A DNA stretch of 62,835 nt, filler included, from Rhabdomonas costata (Eukaryota), in the NCBI GenBank assembly GCA_019059605.1. It is 33 parts of 33 records of this genome, joined end to end, with 100 filler letters (N's around TTAATTAATTAA, not from the genome) between each part and the next. Parts side by side here need not be neighbours in the genome. Positions count along the whole stretch, not along the records: positions 11,453 to 13,260 come from JAHMHO010008754.1; positions 13,361 to 15,168 come from JAHMHO010008755.1; positions 15,269 to 17,062 come from JAHMHO010008756.1; positions 17,163 to 18,971 come from JAHMHO010008757.1; positions 19,072 to 20,879 come from JAHMHO010008758.1; positions 20,980 to 22,787 come from JAHMHO010008759.1; positions 22,888 to 24,695 come from JAHMHO010008760.1; 26 more parts are not named here. One strand, given 5' to 3'. A program made the translations under genes and the position numbers. Position 1 is the stretch's first letter; every line of letters begins with the position of its first letter. Shown piece after piece: positions 11,576 to 23,268 of this stretch. The notes beneath the pieces were generated by a model. It searched no databases. It was not told the DNA's origin and worked only from the letters and a program-made list of their open reading frames with translations.

Positions 11576-13260
11576 ATGACGGACCTCTTGCACGTTTTGT
11601 CTGTCTCACAGAACACGAGTTGCATTCCTCTCCGTGGGTGTGGTTCTCTCTCTGTTTTGAAGATGTGCTTAAGATCTGTACTCTTCTGGTTGAAGCAAAG
11701 GCGAGAATTCGCCAGTCTTTTCTGGTGGGGTGCCATGCTCTGTGGCACTGCAGTCATGGTGCTCAAAGAATGTGTTTCCGTGCATCCTTTACTCGTCTGC
11801 GCGGCTGCCATCACGCCCCTCCTGTGTGGCGCCGCTCTGTGGCAGTGCTGGATCGGCCGCAGTTTCTCTGGGGCCTGCACCATGAGCATCGCTCACGCGC
11901 TGTGCGTGGCGGCGTATGGGCTGGGGCAGACCCTGGGCGGGATTCCCATGCTGCCCTGCCTCCCGGTCGCTCTGCTTCTACTGTCGTCCGTCGCCACTCG
12001 TTCGCCGCTTGCGCTTGTTCTTCCTCTAGTGAGTGCAGTGTCAGTTCCCTGTGCTGTGTTTCCTTTACAGTTCTGGAGCCCACTGCCAGTTCTGCTGACT
12101 TTTTGCGCGATAGGAGTAACTGCACTGATGCGTGGGGTTGTTGTTGAGGGTCCCCTCCCTTTGTGCCCGCTCGTGTCGCGGGGCGAGTGTTCTTCTGTCA
12201 GGGCTGGAGATCGCTTCTTGTCACCCGCTTTTGACGTTCTAGAACACTCTCGGACGCAAGTTTTGCCAATTCCTGAGACAATGTTGGAATCATCCAGTGC
12301 CATCAGACGTTCAGTGGAGTGCTCGGTTCCTTTTGCTTCAGATCTGCCTGCCCGTGAGGGGGGAACCCTTACCTTGAATGCCCCTGACCCCGAAGAAATG
12401 AATGAAGAATGCCCCTCAAGTCCCTCGTCCTCTGTTGCGGGAGTGGGGGAGAGGGAAAGCCTTTCTCGAGGTTCTGCGCGTACACGGAGCATATCGTCCT
12501 GTATTGGAGGCATTATACAGCGCTCCGTGAGTTTCACGAGATATAGTTCCTCCCTCCGATCTAAAGGCGCCCGCTGGAGCCCAGGCTTGAGCCCACATAC
12601 CATCGGAGGCACCAGTCCCGTCTTAAACCCTGTCCCAATCCCGCTGGAAACCATCGCTGGAGCTCGCCTGGAGGCCCCTGTAGACAATACCAGTTCACTG
12701 GGAACCCCTTGTGTGACCGTGGGCGAGGACGACGGGTTGCCTTCCACGGGTCGAACTTGGAGTCATCCATCAGCCAGTGTCTCGGAACTGGTTACGCGAA
12801 GCGGGTCACCCTCGGAAACCCGCACGGGCTCCTCTGAAGTCAATGGCGATAGGGAACCGCGAGAAAACGACTTGGACGCCAAGATTGAGCACGCCCCCGA
12901 CGCGAAAGGTAAACCTGACGATTTGAACGACGTGCCTGGTAATGGTAGCCAGCAACTGGAAAACGTACGGGCGGAGCTGGTGCGCCAAAAAAGCCAGACT
13001 CGAGATGCGCAAAGGGAGTACAACAGTATCAAGAATCAGTTCCTCAAGCGAGAAGAAGATCTCACGCAGGCCATGGGGCAGATAAAGGTCCTACGATGGA
13101 TGCTTCCGCAACCGCAGTTTGTCCCGGAGGAGGTGGAGGCATTTCCGGCGTCCTCATCTTGCTATTCTCTTCGCGATGGGAGGGGATCTCCCGTGCATCG
13201 CCTCGCGCCCTCCGAAACCCTTCTGGCCAGTGTCAGCCACGATCTCCGGACCCCACCAAC
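11576..13260 (+). CDS. Membrane sensor histidine kinase-like protein, N-terminal part, truncated at the H-box
   Basis: Uninterrupted 1.68-kb ORF: several hydrophobic segments, a Ser/Pro-rich linker, a coiled coil, then LLASVSHDLRTP (HisKA H-box) at the contig end. Confidence 0.72.
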
Positions 13261-14495
13261 NNNNNNNNNNNNNNNNNNNNNNNNNNNNNNNNNNNNNNNN
13301 NNNNTTAATTAATTAANNNNNNNNNNNNNNNNNNNNNNNNNNNNNNNNNNNNNNNNNNNNGTGTGGGTGTGTTTGGGGTGGTGGGTGCAGGTGCGTTGGG
13401 TGTATTGGGGAGCTGGGATGGTGGATGGGGGCACTGCAAGGGGGCCCCGCGATGATGATGATGATGGGCCTGCACAGAGGAGGCACGGGGTCGAGCCACT
13501 CCGCCACGCGGGGGGCAGGGAGCCATCACGGCCGGAGCTTGGCCATGGAAAGACCCGCGCAGAGCGACCTTCTTATTCATTGCAGGACACAGGAAAATAA
13601 AAACGAGTGAGGGGTGCAACCGCGGGGAGCCTTTTCTTTTCAAGTCGTCCACCAGTAAAAACCCTCATGGGTCATTTGGGCTTCCACCGGTATCTCAACA
13701 GTCAAGAGCAATCAGGCTTCAGCTTTCCAGGGCGAGTTTATACAACGCATATGACGCGCACACCGCGGATGGGGCAGCAGTGGCAAGCTTCTTCACAGAG
13801 GACTGCGAACTGTGCGAAGACGACCGCCCAGACTGCGCTAGGATCCGAGGCTGCACAACAAAGCAAAAGGGAAAGAAGTTTCCTGAAGGAAAGAAAGCAC
13901 AGCTGCATGCACATTGGTGCTCACATCCATCTGGGTTTAACAGGAAGGATACCAATTCGCTGCTTCGTCCTGAGCCCTTTGAGCCCCAATGAAACTGCGC
14001 TGAGCTGCCCATTTGCTCCCCTTTCGTATTCCCTTACTCCAAGAAACGTGCTGGAATTATAATGGATGGAGCACACTCGTGGGTAGAGAAGGGTGTAAGA
14101 AAAAAGGCGACGGTGAGTACCTGCTGCCGCGAAACGTCTGAAGCGTGGCGCTCGACTGACCCATGGAGACTCTGAAGCAATGCAAAAAAAAAAACGTGTG
14201 GTCGGGGGATTCAAACCGCAGTTACGGCAAAATTTTTCATTCGAGTTCATTGCAAAGATGAGCAATACCGGGGGTTTGGTTGTCGGTGGTGGTGGTGGTC
14301 CTCGACTGAGAGCGAGTGAAAAAAGTGTCAGCATGTTGAAAATGGAAATGTGCCTGCGGGAGTGCCGATGTTGAAGCACAAAGAAGTGCAATAAGCGCGT
14401 CTCAGTTTGATTGGCGGCAACAACTCCTTGTTCAGCAATACACACCCGCAAACGGCACCCGAAAAGCACATACATCTCCGTCTTTTCTGCCGCAG

Positions 14496-14997
14496 AAGAA
14501 GGGGCAAGCTTTTGCCGCTGCAGAGAAATGTACAACTTCTTGGAGCTCCTGCGGCAGTGGGCGAGAAAAGGAGGAAGTAAAAAAACCTCACTTGTCTTTT
14601 GTCTGTTTTGGACGACAAAGGGAGGGGCTAAGAAAAAGAAAAGCTGAAATAGCACTGGACATGGTATTTGGGGGGTGACGGTACGGTCCGCAAAGATATT
14701 TCGGTGCTTCTTCAGGCTTTTGGCCGCCATCTTTATTGTCCGCCCCACTGGTCGTTTCTCAATTGGTCCCACCCGTCTCCAGCGGTTCCTTCTCACTCGC
14801 TCGAGACAAAACAGGAGGCAGACAGAATCACGCGGTTGATGTGGGAGTACTTTATCAAGTCCCGGCACAGGCGGGCCTTCACTGCGGCCCCACCACTGCC
14901 CCAGAACTGCTCGGGGGTCACAGGGGATGCGCAGCTGAACTCCTTCTGAAGAACGCCAAGCGCAGCCTCGACAAGAGCACCGCCGGAGATATCGGAA
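14496..14997 (+). CDS. Exons of an unknown protein (weakly RGS-domain-like), with an apparent 1-nt frameshift at about 14946
   Basis: EMYNFLELLRQ ... EADRITRLMWEYFIKS...QLNSF/LKNAKRSLDKS, with GC3-rich codons on both sides of the shift. Confidence 0.3.
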
Positions 14998-15113
14998 GTG
15001 ATCCATTCTGTGTTTGACACCAAGTCAAAACAAAAGTTGAAACTCGCTTTAACTATTACACTGCTCCGTGGCGACACCTCAGCTTGGCATTAGCGCACGA
15101 GCGCGGTGCAGGG

Positions 15114-15168
15114 GTTGCTTTTAGCAATTTCCTTTTCGATTTTCGAAAAGGAAATTGCTAAAACCAAC
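15114..15168. repeat. Contig-terminal hairpin (26-bp arms, TTT loop, 1 mismatch)
   Basis: gttgcttttagcaatttccttttcga-ttt-tcgaaaaggaaattgctaaaaccaac. Confidence 0.95.
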
Positions 15169-15871
15169 NNNNNNNNNNNNNNNNNNNNNNNNNNNNNNNN
15201 NNNNNNNNNNNNTTAATTAATTAANNNNNNNNNNNNNNNNNNNNNNNNNNNNNNNNNNNNNNNNNNNNTGTGTGTGGGAAGGGTGCTTGTGTGTCCGAGC
15301 AGGGGGGGGGGTTGCTGTCTGGCCCTGTGTGAGGCGTGAAATCCGCGTGGGGAAATCCTCGCTCCCCGCCCCAGTCACGAAGTGGTAGAACCCCACTGGA
15401 ACAATGCATAAAAGCTACCTTGTCAATTCCGTGAAGGATGGCAATATATACGTATGAATCAATTGCGTGATGTATCTTCTGAATGTGCTGTTATCCGCCT
15501 TCTTTATGGTTCGGAGCGGGCCTGTCTCGACACAACTCAAGCACTGTTGGTTGAATAAGAAATTCTGTCACCCCCACCCCCCATTCCCCCGGGAATATGA
15601 ACAGTGTAGTGAAGTAAGGAGGACACTGAGGACCCAGAGGGGGGAAGGGGGTGGGAGACAGCTAATGGTCAAAATTCGGAGCGGAGTTGAAGGAGTGACG
15701 AGGAAGGCCAGAAAGCTGCAAAAAGTTGGGTATTTCACCGAGTATTGAGCATGACCGAACAGCGTGAGAAAGGCTACCCCAATCATGTTTTCATGATCCA
15801 GGACTTCTTTCGTGAGCGTTTCCATGTGCAGCTCTATTCTCACGCTTGATGCGCTTTGCATACTGTGACAG

Positions 15872-16649
15872 GTGGAAGACGAGCAGCCAAACGCTGACGC
15901 TTCCAAAGGCTCGGCCACGGTCGCGGTGGAGGAGGCCCCCCGGGAAGACAAGTGGACTGCACTTCCCAGCAAAGCAAATGACCGTCCTCGGTCCCGGTCA
16001 GCAGCTCCGTTCTTTGCCTATTTTGCCTTCGTGTGTGCGTGTCTGAGTGCAGGTATGCATCTGCAGTTGAAGTTTTCAGCATGCGTCGAAGAGTGTGGGC
16101 GGATATCCGATACCCCCAGATACCCCCAGAGGGGCCCCCTACCTGTATTCCTATCGCGATGCCCTGAATAGCACCGCCGCAACCACTTCAAACTTTGGAT
16201 ACTTTCGTGCATCTTCGCTCCCCGCTCCGTTTTCGAACTTCTTTGCGGGGTTTAAACCGGCGCCAGATTTGGGATTCGGTATTCAAGTTGGATTTTTAGG
16301 TATGTGATTTAGGTATGTCAAAAGTTCACGTGCCTGTGGTGTAGATTTTCAACTCCCTGCGCAACGCGCGTGTTTCGGTTTAAGGTCCGGTTCCCCCTCG
16401 AAAGCCAAGACCAAGCCCAAGCCCAAACGCGACAGCGACAAGAGGCCCCGGCAAGGCTCCTCGCCATCCCCCCCGGACCTCACATCCCCGCTTTCTGCGG
16501 AGACTCCCTTGGGGGATGGCCAAAAGCCCCGCAAGGAGAAGAAGCGCCGGCGCACCAAGGAAGGCGAAGCGAGCCCCAAGAGTGTGGAGGCTTCTACCAG
16601 CGGCGCCGTCGCCGAGTCTATCCCGGGCGTCGACAAGCACATCGAAGAG
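15872..16649 (+). CDS. Internal exons of a Lys/Ser/Pro-rich low-complexity protein
   Basis: cAG|VEDEQPNADASKG... and SGSPSKAKTKPKPKRDSDK...KEKKRRRTK...HIEE|GTGCAG. Confidence 0.5.
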
Positions 16650-16860
16650 GTGCAGTTAATATTCTTAAATATTAGTGTACTTTCTCCTTTATATTTGTTC
16701 TGTCAGTCATATCTGTGAACTCTGTACGATTCCCCATCCTATTGCGTCGTTCCTTTTCTTTCCAATCTTTGACCGTTCTTTGTCTTCGTTCTAGCCGTCG
16801 CTCCCTCTTCCTCTTCTCTCTATCTTTCCTTTCGCCCTCCCTCCGTTTTTTTTAAGCCTG

Positions 16861-16885
16861 CTCTCTCTCTCTCTCTCTCTCTCTC
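16861..16885. repeat. (CT)n microsatellite; a second one lies at about 17363-17389
   Basis: Seen directly. Confidence 0.95.
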
Positions 16886-17967
16886 GTTCATTCCCCTCCT
16901 GTTCTGGTTTTTTCCTCTCCTTCCCTTGTCAAAACCTCCCCCTCTTCTCATGCCTACCCCTCATTGGCAGGCCCTGTATTTTTTGTTGTTAATTGTTTGC
17001 GTTGCCGCAATCGTACAATCCCGTGCAGCGTTTCGGGAAGCCTGCTGTATATACAAAAGACCNNNNNNNNNNNNNNNNNNNNNNNNNNNNNNNNNNNNNN
17101 NNNNNNTTAATTAATTAANNNNNNNNNNNNNNNNNNNNNNNNNNNNNNNNNNNNNNNNNNNNGTTGTTGGGTCAGGAAATGAATGTGGAATTGAATGGTG
17201 GCGCAGGAGGTCAGGTCCCGCTTGAGCCGGTTCCTTGATGATTACACTCTCTCAATTACGGGGGAGAGAGGATTCCCTCTTCGGCTCGTAGAGGTTGTGT
17301 GGTGGGCAGCACGGTCTGTGGTGGCCCCCCGGGGAGCTGGGGGAAGCGCTCCCCCCTTTCTCTTCTCTCTCTCTCTCTCTCTCTCTCTCATTTCTCTCAG
17401 GTCGATGCAGGAGAATCGTTTCAGAGTCCCCGCAGTAGCTGCTCATCACTTTCGGGGGCATCTTCCATGACATCCGTTGCTCGGTCCATTTGACTGCGGC
17501 AACTGGTGCCAAATAGTGTGTGGCACCGTTACTCAACTGTTGTATTGTAGTGCTGCCTGCAAGTGCCTCTGATACATTTGCTCAAGGCCCCGAATAGCTT
17601 ATGATTTTTATGTGCTGTTTAATGGCTGGTGGACAAGGATGATGCAGCCACGAATTGTGATACTTATCTCGAAAAGTGGAAAGGATTGACATTTTTGCCC
17701 TGTGAATTTATCTGCACGGTGCTTAGGCGCCTTATCCGAAGGGATGTGGCATTCATCGATCAACGTCTTTTTACACCATTTTTATGGGGCTATTTATCAT
17801 CCTTGCCTGTTCCGAGAATTTGACTTCGTCAGGATTTCTGATTTATGTGATCCCTGGGAGTGTTGATTGTTAATGCTCGCGTATTTTCAGTGTTTGTTTT
17901 CTTTTTTGCTTGCTTTTATCAGGCTTCCTTTCCTCTGTTCCTTTCCACTTAAAGCATTGAGAAAATC

Positions 17968-18950
17968 ATGAAAGTTTTCGTTGTTTGGTCCAACGTGCTA
18001 TTATTCGGGCTAATCTTTGCTCTTCCCCATGTCCCTCCGTACGAAGGAGGGGATGTATTTGCAGACACCTGGGTGGCTACAGATGCTGCTGGGCGCCAGG
18101 TGCCTGGATTTGAGGTGTGCGGCGAGGTAAAGTCGGAGAAATGGGTTGGGATTATGTACTGGACGTGGCATTTGCGGACTCCAGGTGGACCGAATGACAA
18201 CACCAAAATCATTGCATCTGCTGCAGGTGGGCAACCCCAATGGCCAGAAAATGGCACACCGAACCACTGGGCTGAACCCGAGCTTGGGTATTATTTGAGC
18301 ACAGACCGCTTTGTCATCCGCAAGCACGCCAGCCTTCTGTCCGATGCAGGGGTTGACGTGGTGCTTTTCGACACTACGAACCCCCCGTTCACATGGAAGG
18401 AAGAGTACGAAGCGCTTTGCAGCGAGTACGAGGAGATGCGCAGCCAGGGCAGCCGGACGCCTGCCATCGCCTTCATCGCACCTTTTGGCGACCCTCGGGA
18501 AATTGTGGACAAGCTTTGGATTGACTTGTACCAACCGGGTCGATGGAAGGAGCTGTGGTTCCTGTGGAACGGAAAGCCTCTTCTTCTCGCCGACAAGAAG
18601 TTCATTGACGAACCTGAGATTCTCGGGTTTTTTACCTTCCGTCAGCCCATTCCCGATTACAGGACGGGACCAAGCGAGCAGGACCAGTGGAGCTGGCTCC
18701 AAATCTATCCGCAAAACGTGTTCTATGACAGTGAGGGTGAGGCCGAGCAGATAAGTGTCGGTGTTGGACAGAACGCCTTGCCAGGCATCATGGGGCCGGC
18801 TCCCTTCAGCCACAAAGCCGGGGCAATGGGCCGAAGCTGGCATGCGGGCGGTAGGGACCTTTCGCCAGATGCGGTGAACCATGGCCTGAACTTTGAAGAG
18901 CAATGGCAGCGTGCTGTGTTGAACGTCAATCCCAAGTTTATTTTCCCCCC
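17968..18950 (+). CDS. Secreted bacterial-type glycoside hydrolase-like protein (GH99/GH71-like TIM barrel), intronless, 3' truncated
   Basis: Signal peptide followed by TWVATDAAGR, VGIMYWTWH, HWAEPELGYYLSTDRFVIRKHASLLSDAGVDVVLFDTTN and WFLWNGKPLLL. The pattern P.LGYY.S.D..VI..H...AGVD is typical of GH99-like proteins. Confidence 0.75.
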
Positions 18951-19900
18951 AACCCCAAACACACCCACCACNNNNNNNNNNNNNNNNNNNNNNNNNNNNN
19001 NNNNNNNNNNNNNNNTTAATTAATTAANNNNNNNNNNNNNNNNNNNNNNNNNNNNNNNNNNNNNNNNNNNNTGTTTTGTGGTAAATCTTTCTCTCGTCCA
19101 ATGCGCTTCAATACTTTACACTTTAGAAAGCAATATCAGAAAAAGAACACCGCCCCAAGTCATCAGATATCAATATTTCAGTACAGAAAACTTGCATACA
19201 GAAGCGTTTCATGCTTTTTTTGTAAAGTTTTCTCGCATTGGAAATTGCGGCGCACTTCCATACAAATCTAAAACGGTGCCGAAAGGGAGACAATTGTTTA
19301 CACAAGGCACTGCAAGCAAATTCCAACCTAGGAAAAAGCTGAAGCCTGATGCTGCAGCGACTGGGATCTGGGACGGAAGATAACGTGGTCCTGCGAATAG
19401 AAAAATCAGCCATAGCAGAGAATTTAGTTCTTTACTCTCCCACTTCCAGAGCAGCACGACGCGAGTCCAGCTGCCAACAATACACAAAAACGCAGCACAG
19501 GCTACGAGGCAATGTGACGCAACACAGAGTGTCTCGGCACATCGACTCCTCGCCCTTGAAACTCCCCCGCACAAAATATCACTCAGATGAACGCACAACG
19601 TCTTCGCGCCTGTCACTTTGTGGTAGGGTAAAAAAAACAAAAGTGCAGCCACATCAGAGGGCTATCGTTTCGTGTTTTCACACCCTCCAGGGCCGAAGCA
19701 AAGTGAAGCAAAAGTGACAGAAAAAACAGGTACAAGGCATCGTATGAGATTCAGAAGTCATATCCAACAGAAACGGAACCAGAAAGGATCTCTTTGCGTG
19801 GCTGTTGTGCGAGAGGAATGAGAGGAAAGCTGAGGCTAGGGAGACGCAATTCAGCGTCTCGCACAACCCATCCACTCGCAAATGATGAGGGGGACACGCC

Positions 19901-20820
19901 TCACCAACTCTGTGCTGCGCCCTCCTCACCGTATCCAGTCTCTGCCCCTGCTTCCAGCTGCTCGTCCTTGCCTATATTATGAGGGTAGTCCTCTGATGTC
20001 TGGCCTTCACCGAGGAGTTGGATCAGCTCCTGAAAGCCGTCCGCGCCTTCCGAGGCCAAAGCCAAGCCACCGCCCCAGTAAACATGGAACGTGGGAACCG
20101 CCCTAACTTCGCAAGACTCGGACAGCACTTCCGCCTCATCCACGTTGACCTGGAAATACATAAGACACAAGTACAACCCCTCAACCCTGCACAAACGACA
20201 CCTGGGGTTTTTGAACGACTAATACGCAATTCAATGGATGTTTCGAAACCGAAACAGTCACTTGATGTTTTAATACAGTCACTGCAAGACACATAGAACT
20301 TTACGGGCGAAACGACTTGCATTAGGTGCAGGATTGCAGTTCATAGCTATAAAACGAATAACCAGCTTTCTGACAAAACGGATCACGCAATGCTTTCATA
20401 TGACACCAATCCGCCACCTCGACGCGGCATCGATCCGAAGCGAAATACCTCGACCAGAACAGACATGGTGAGACATATGTGATGCGTTGTCGGCAACAAA
20501 AAGCAACTTCCGATCCCATCCCATATCCCCATCCCATAGAAGGGAACATATGTCAAGTCAGCAAGGGTTCCGCCAACATTCCAAGGACATTCGAAAAAAG
20601 CGAGAAAATTCCCCGCGAAATTTACCGTAACAAACATCGCCGTGGGGTGGAGGGCCGCTAGCTCTGCAAACTGCGGGCCCACCCGTGCACACGGCCCGCA
20701 CCAATCCGAGAAAAACATCACCACCACAGCGACATCGTTGGAGGACAGCATTTGGCTGAGGTCATCCAGCGTAGTCAGCCGTGCCAAGGAAGCGAGGGCA
20801 CCATGACTGTCCCCATCCAT
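19901..20820 (-). CDS. Thioredoxin-domain protein (exons 20820-20626, 20149 to about 19901)
   Basis: FFSDWCGPCARVGPQFAELA...FVT|VNVDEAEVLSESCEVRAVPTFHVY across a phase-0 GT-AG intron. Confidence 0.92.
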
Positions 20821-23268
20821 GATGTCTGTCAAATATATCGACTCCACAAATCGCCTTTCAAAAAGTTCTTGTGACGGAGNNNNNNNNNNNNNNNNNNNNN
20901 NNNNNNNNNNNNNNNNNNNNNNNTTAATTAATTAANNNNNNNNNNNNNNNNNNNNNNNNNNNNNNNNNNNNNNNNNNNNTGGTTGGGGGGGCCGTGGACT
21001 TCAGCTTTCCCGTCCCATCACCATGCCGGAATCGCCTGGGAGGCCAACTCCCGAAAAGCGAGCACATCTGTTTGCAAAATTACATCCCGTGGAACCAGAA
21101 GCTGCTCTGAGAGGGGAGGGCTGTGCGGATGCGGAGAGACACTGTTGTGCAGAACTGCAGACGAGAGGGACGTCGGCAGTGGTCGCAAGGGCCACGCTGC
21201 TGGCACTCTGCACGACTTGTTGAGGGGCAAGAACAGGCCGCAGCACAGCGAGCCATCGCGAGTAAGCAGACAAGGACTCCTGGATAATCACATCACCCTC
21301 TGAGAGGTGGTCTCAATGTGGTTAAGCAGGGCCTGACTGCTCACGTATAACGACTGGCATGCTGGGTTCGGGCAGCATTGTCGCAGCACTGCGGCACCCT
21401 TCATGCACATGTGGCGAGTATTCCAACACCGCAGCAGCTTCATCAGCATCACTGAAGATTAGGGCTTGCTCAGCCATTGCAGCAAAACAGCAAGAAAATA
21501 CAAACAGCTTCTTCCAAAAAGTAAGACTTTCGGGAGGGTTTCGGGAGGGTTGGTTTGCATCTAAACCGGAAAAATAAAGAAATAGAAGGGCAAAAGAGGG
21601 GAGGAAAGACCCCAGCTTCGGCCCAGCCCTCCTCTTTTTGAAGGAAGTGTTTTTATATTCGGACAAAATTAGCTCCCGAGACAAATGAAAAAAGTTCCGA
21701 GAGGCAGACATGCCCGCGAAGCATACATTTTTAGCCCTCTTGCAGAGGCGCTGTCTTCACGCTGCACCGGAAGAAGCGGAGGCGGAACGCGCAACGACTT
21801 CTTCCCAAAGGTGGGCGTGACGGACATCACAGGCAAAAAAGACAAACAGATGGACATCTGATAAATGAGCAAAGCACAAGTTGGAGAGCGATGCGCAGCA
21901 ACAAGGTCGGTGATCACCAAAGTGGTTGGGGGTGGGATGGGCTCTCGCAGAGCCAACGAAGAAACAGGTCCAGGGAAAGCGGCGAACATGGCACATCCCA
22001 AACGCCCCACGTGAACTCGACCAACCACCCCTCCTGACGCTAAAGGGGAAATACGGATCTCTCTTCCACGGTCTGCGGAAGCACCAACCGTGCGAAGTGA
22101 GGTTAAAAAGTGGGGAGATGCTCGGCAAAATTCGAGAACCAAAAACCAAATCGATTGAATTCTTCATCGAGAATACAAATCGACGATTTTTTCAATCTTC
22201 TTTACCATAACCAGGTTTGCGTGCGGGCAGATTCTCGCGAGTCCACGGCCTGCTGAAAAGGGGCTTTTGCAGAGATTTCAGGTCGTCGAAAAGAATTTAA
22301 AGCCCTTTAACAGACTACCCCCGCCTAAAACCACAGCGCCTTCGGCCCCGAAAAAATCTCCATGTTTGTTGCCCAGCTCTTTGTGTGGTGAGTATTACAG
22401 ACTGTACTAGAGGACAAGAGGACGCAATATCCACCTAGAATCCCGGTAAGTTTCGCTATCGACCACCACAGAGCAAAAATTCTGCAAGGGAGTTCTCTTG
22501 CAGCGCCAGCAGGTTCAGGAGAGGGTCCAAATCTTCCACCTTGCTGTGCCGGTTCCTTGTGGTGCTCTGGCGTGCTTTTTTGTAAACTAGCCGCATGGTT
22601 TTCTCCTCCGTCTGCCACCAGCAGCATGACCACAGGACCACGGGGCTCTGGTTTGTGGACCAGGAGACCGCGCTCCACCCGCGTTTATTGTGTGATTTTG
22701 TTAGGTTCACATTGCGAGCGGAAATAGAGACTGCCTTAGCGGGTCTTGCTGGTTTGTGTTTCCGCTCGCAATGTGAACCCAACAAAANNNNNNNNNNNNN
22801 NNNNNNNNNNNNNNNNNNNNNNNNNNNNNNNTTAATTAATTAANNNNNNNNNNNNNNNNNNNNNNNNNNNNNNNNNNNNNNNNNNNNGGGTTTGGGTGCA
22901 GACCAGCGAATAAACGAACACTCCGTCTTGAGGCATTCTTGTCTCCCCCAACGGGAAGAAGCACTCACGGGTGCAAAGTAATCCAAGGCTCGCTGTGGTT
23001 TGCGTTTCGGTGTGACTTGGCACGTGTGGTGCAGTTGAACGTCCGAAAGGAAAGAAAGTGCTTTGTCCTGATCTGCTTTTCCGTTATAATCGTGACGCTT
23101 AAAGATGGATGAGTCAGTTTTTTTTTGGTGCATTTCGACGTGCAAAAACCGTGACGTTACTTCTGACACCTGTGCGGTCGTTGATTGGTTTGTGAGACGC
23201 ACTGTATTTCTGGCTTTCACCTTCTGTGTTGTTTATTGTGGGTGGGAGTACTGTTTCCCGTTCGGCAG

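Noticed and set aside
14198..14226. tRNA-like T-arm on the minus strand (GCGGTTTGAATCCCCCGACCA)
   Set aside because: The B-box is imperfect and I could not fold a cloverleaf upstream.
13921..15006. 361-aa minus-strand ORF
   Set aside because: It reads through intron-like low-complexity sequence. The GC3-rich exons are on the plus strand.
18010..18903. 297-aa minus-strand ORF (likewise 11893-12747 and 23287-23874)
   Set aside because: These are antisense shadows of well-supported plus-strand genes.
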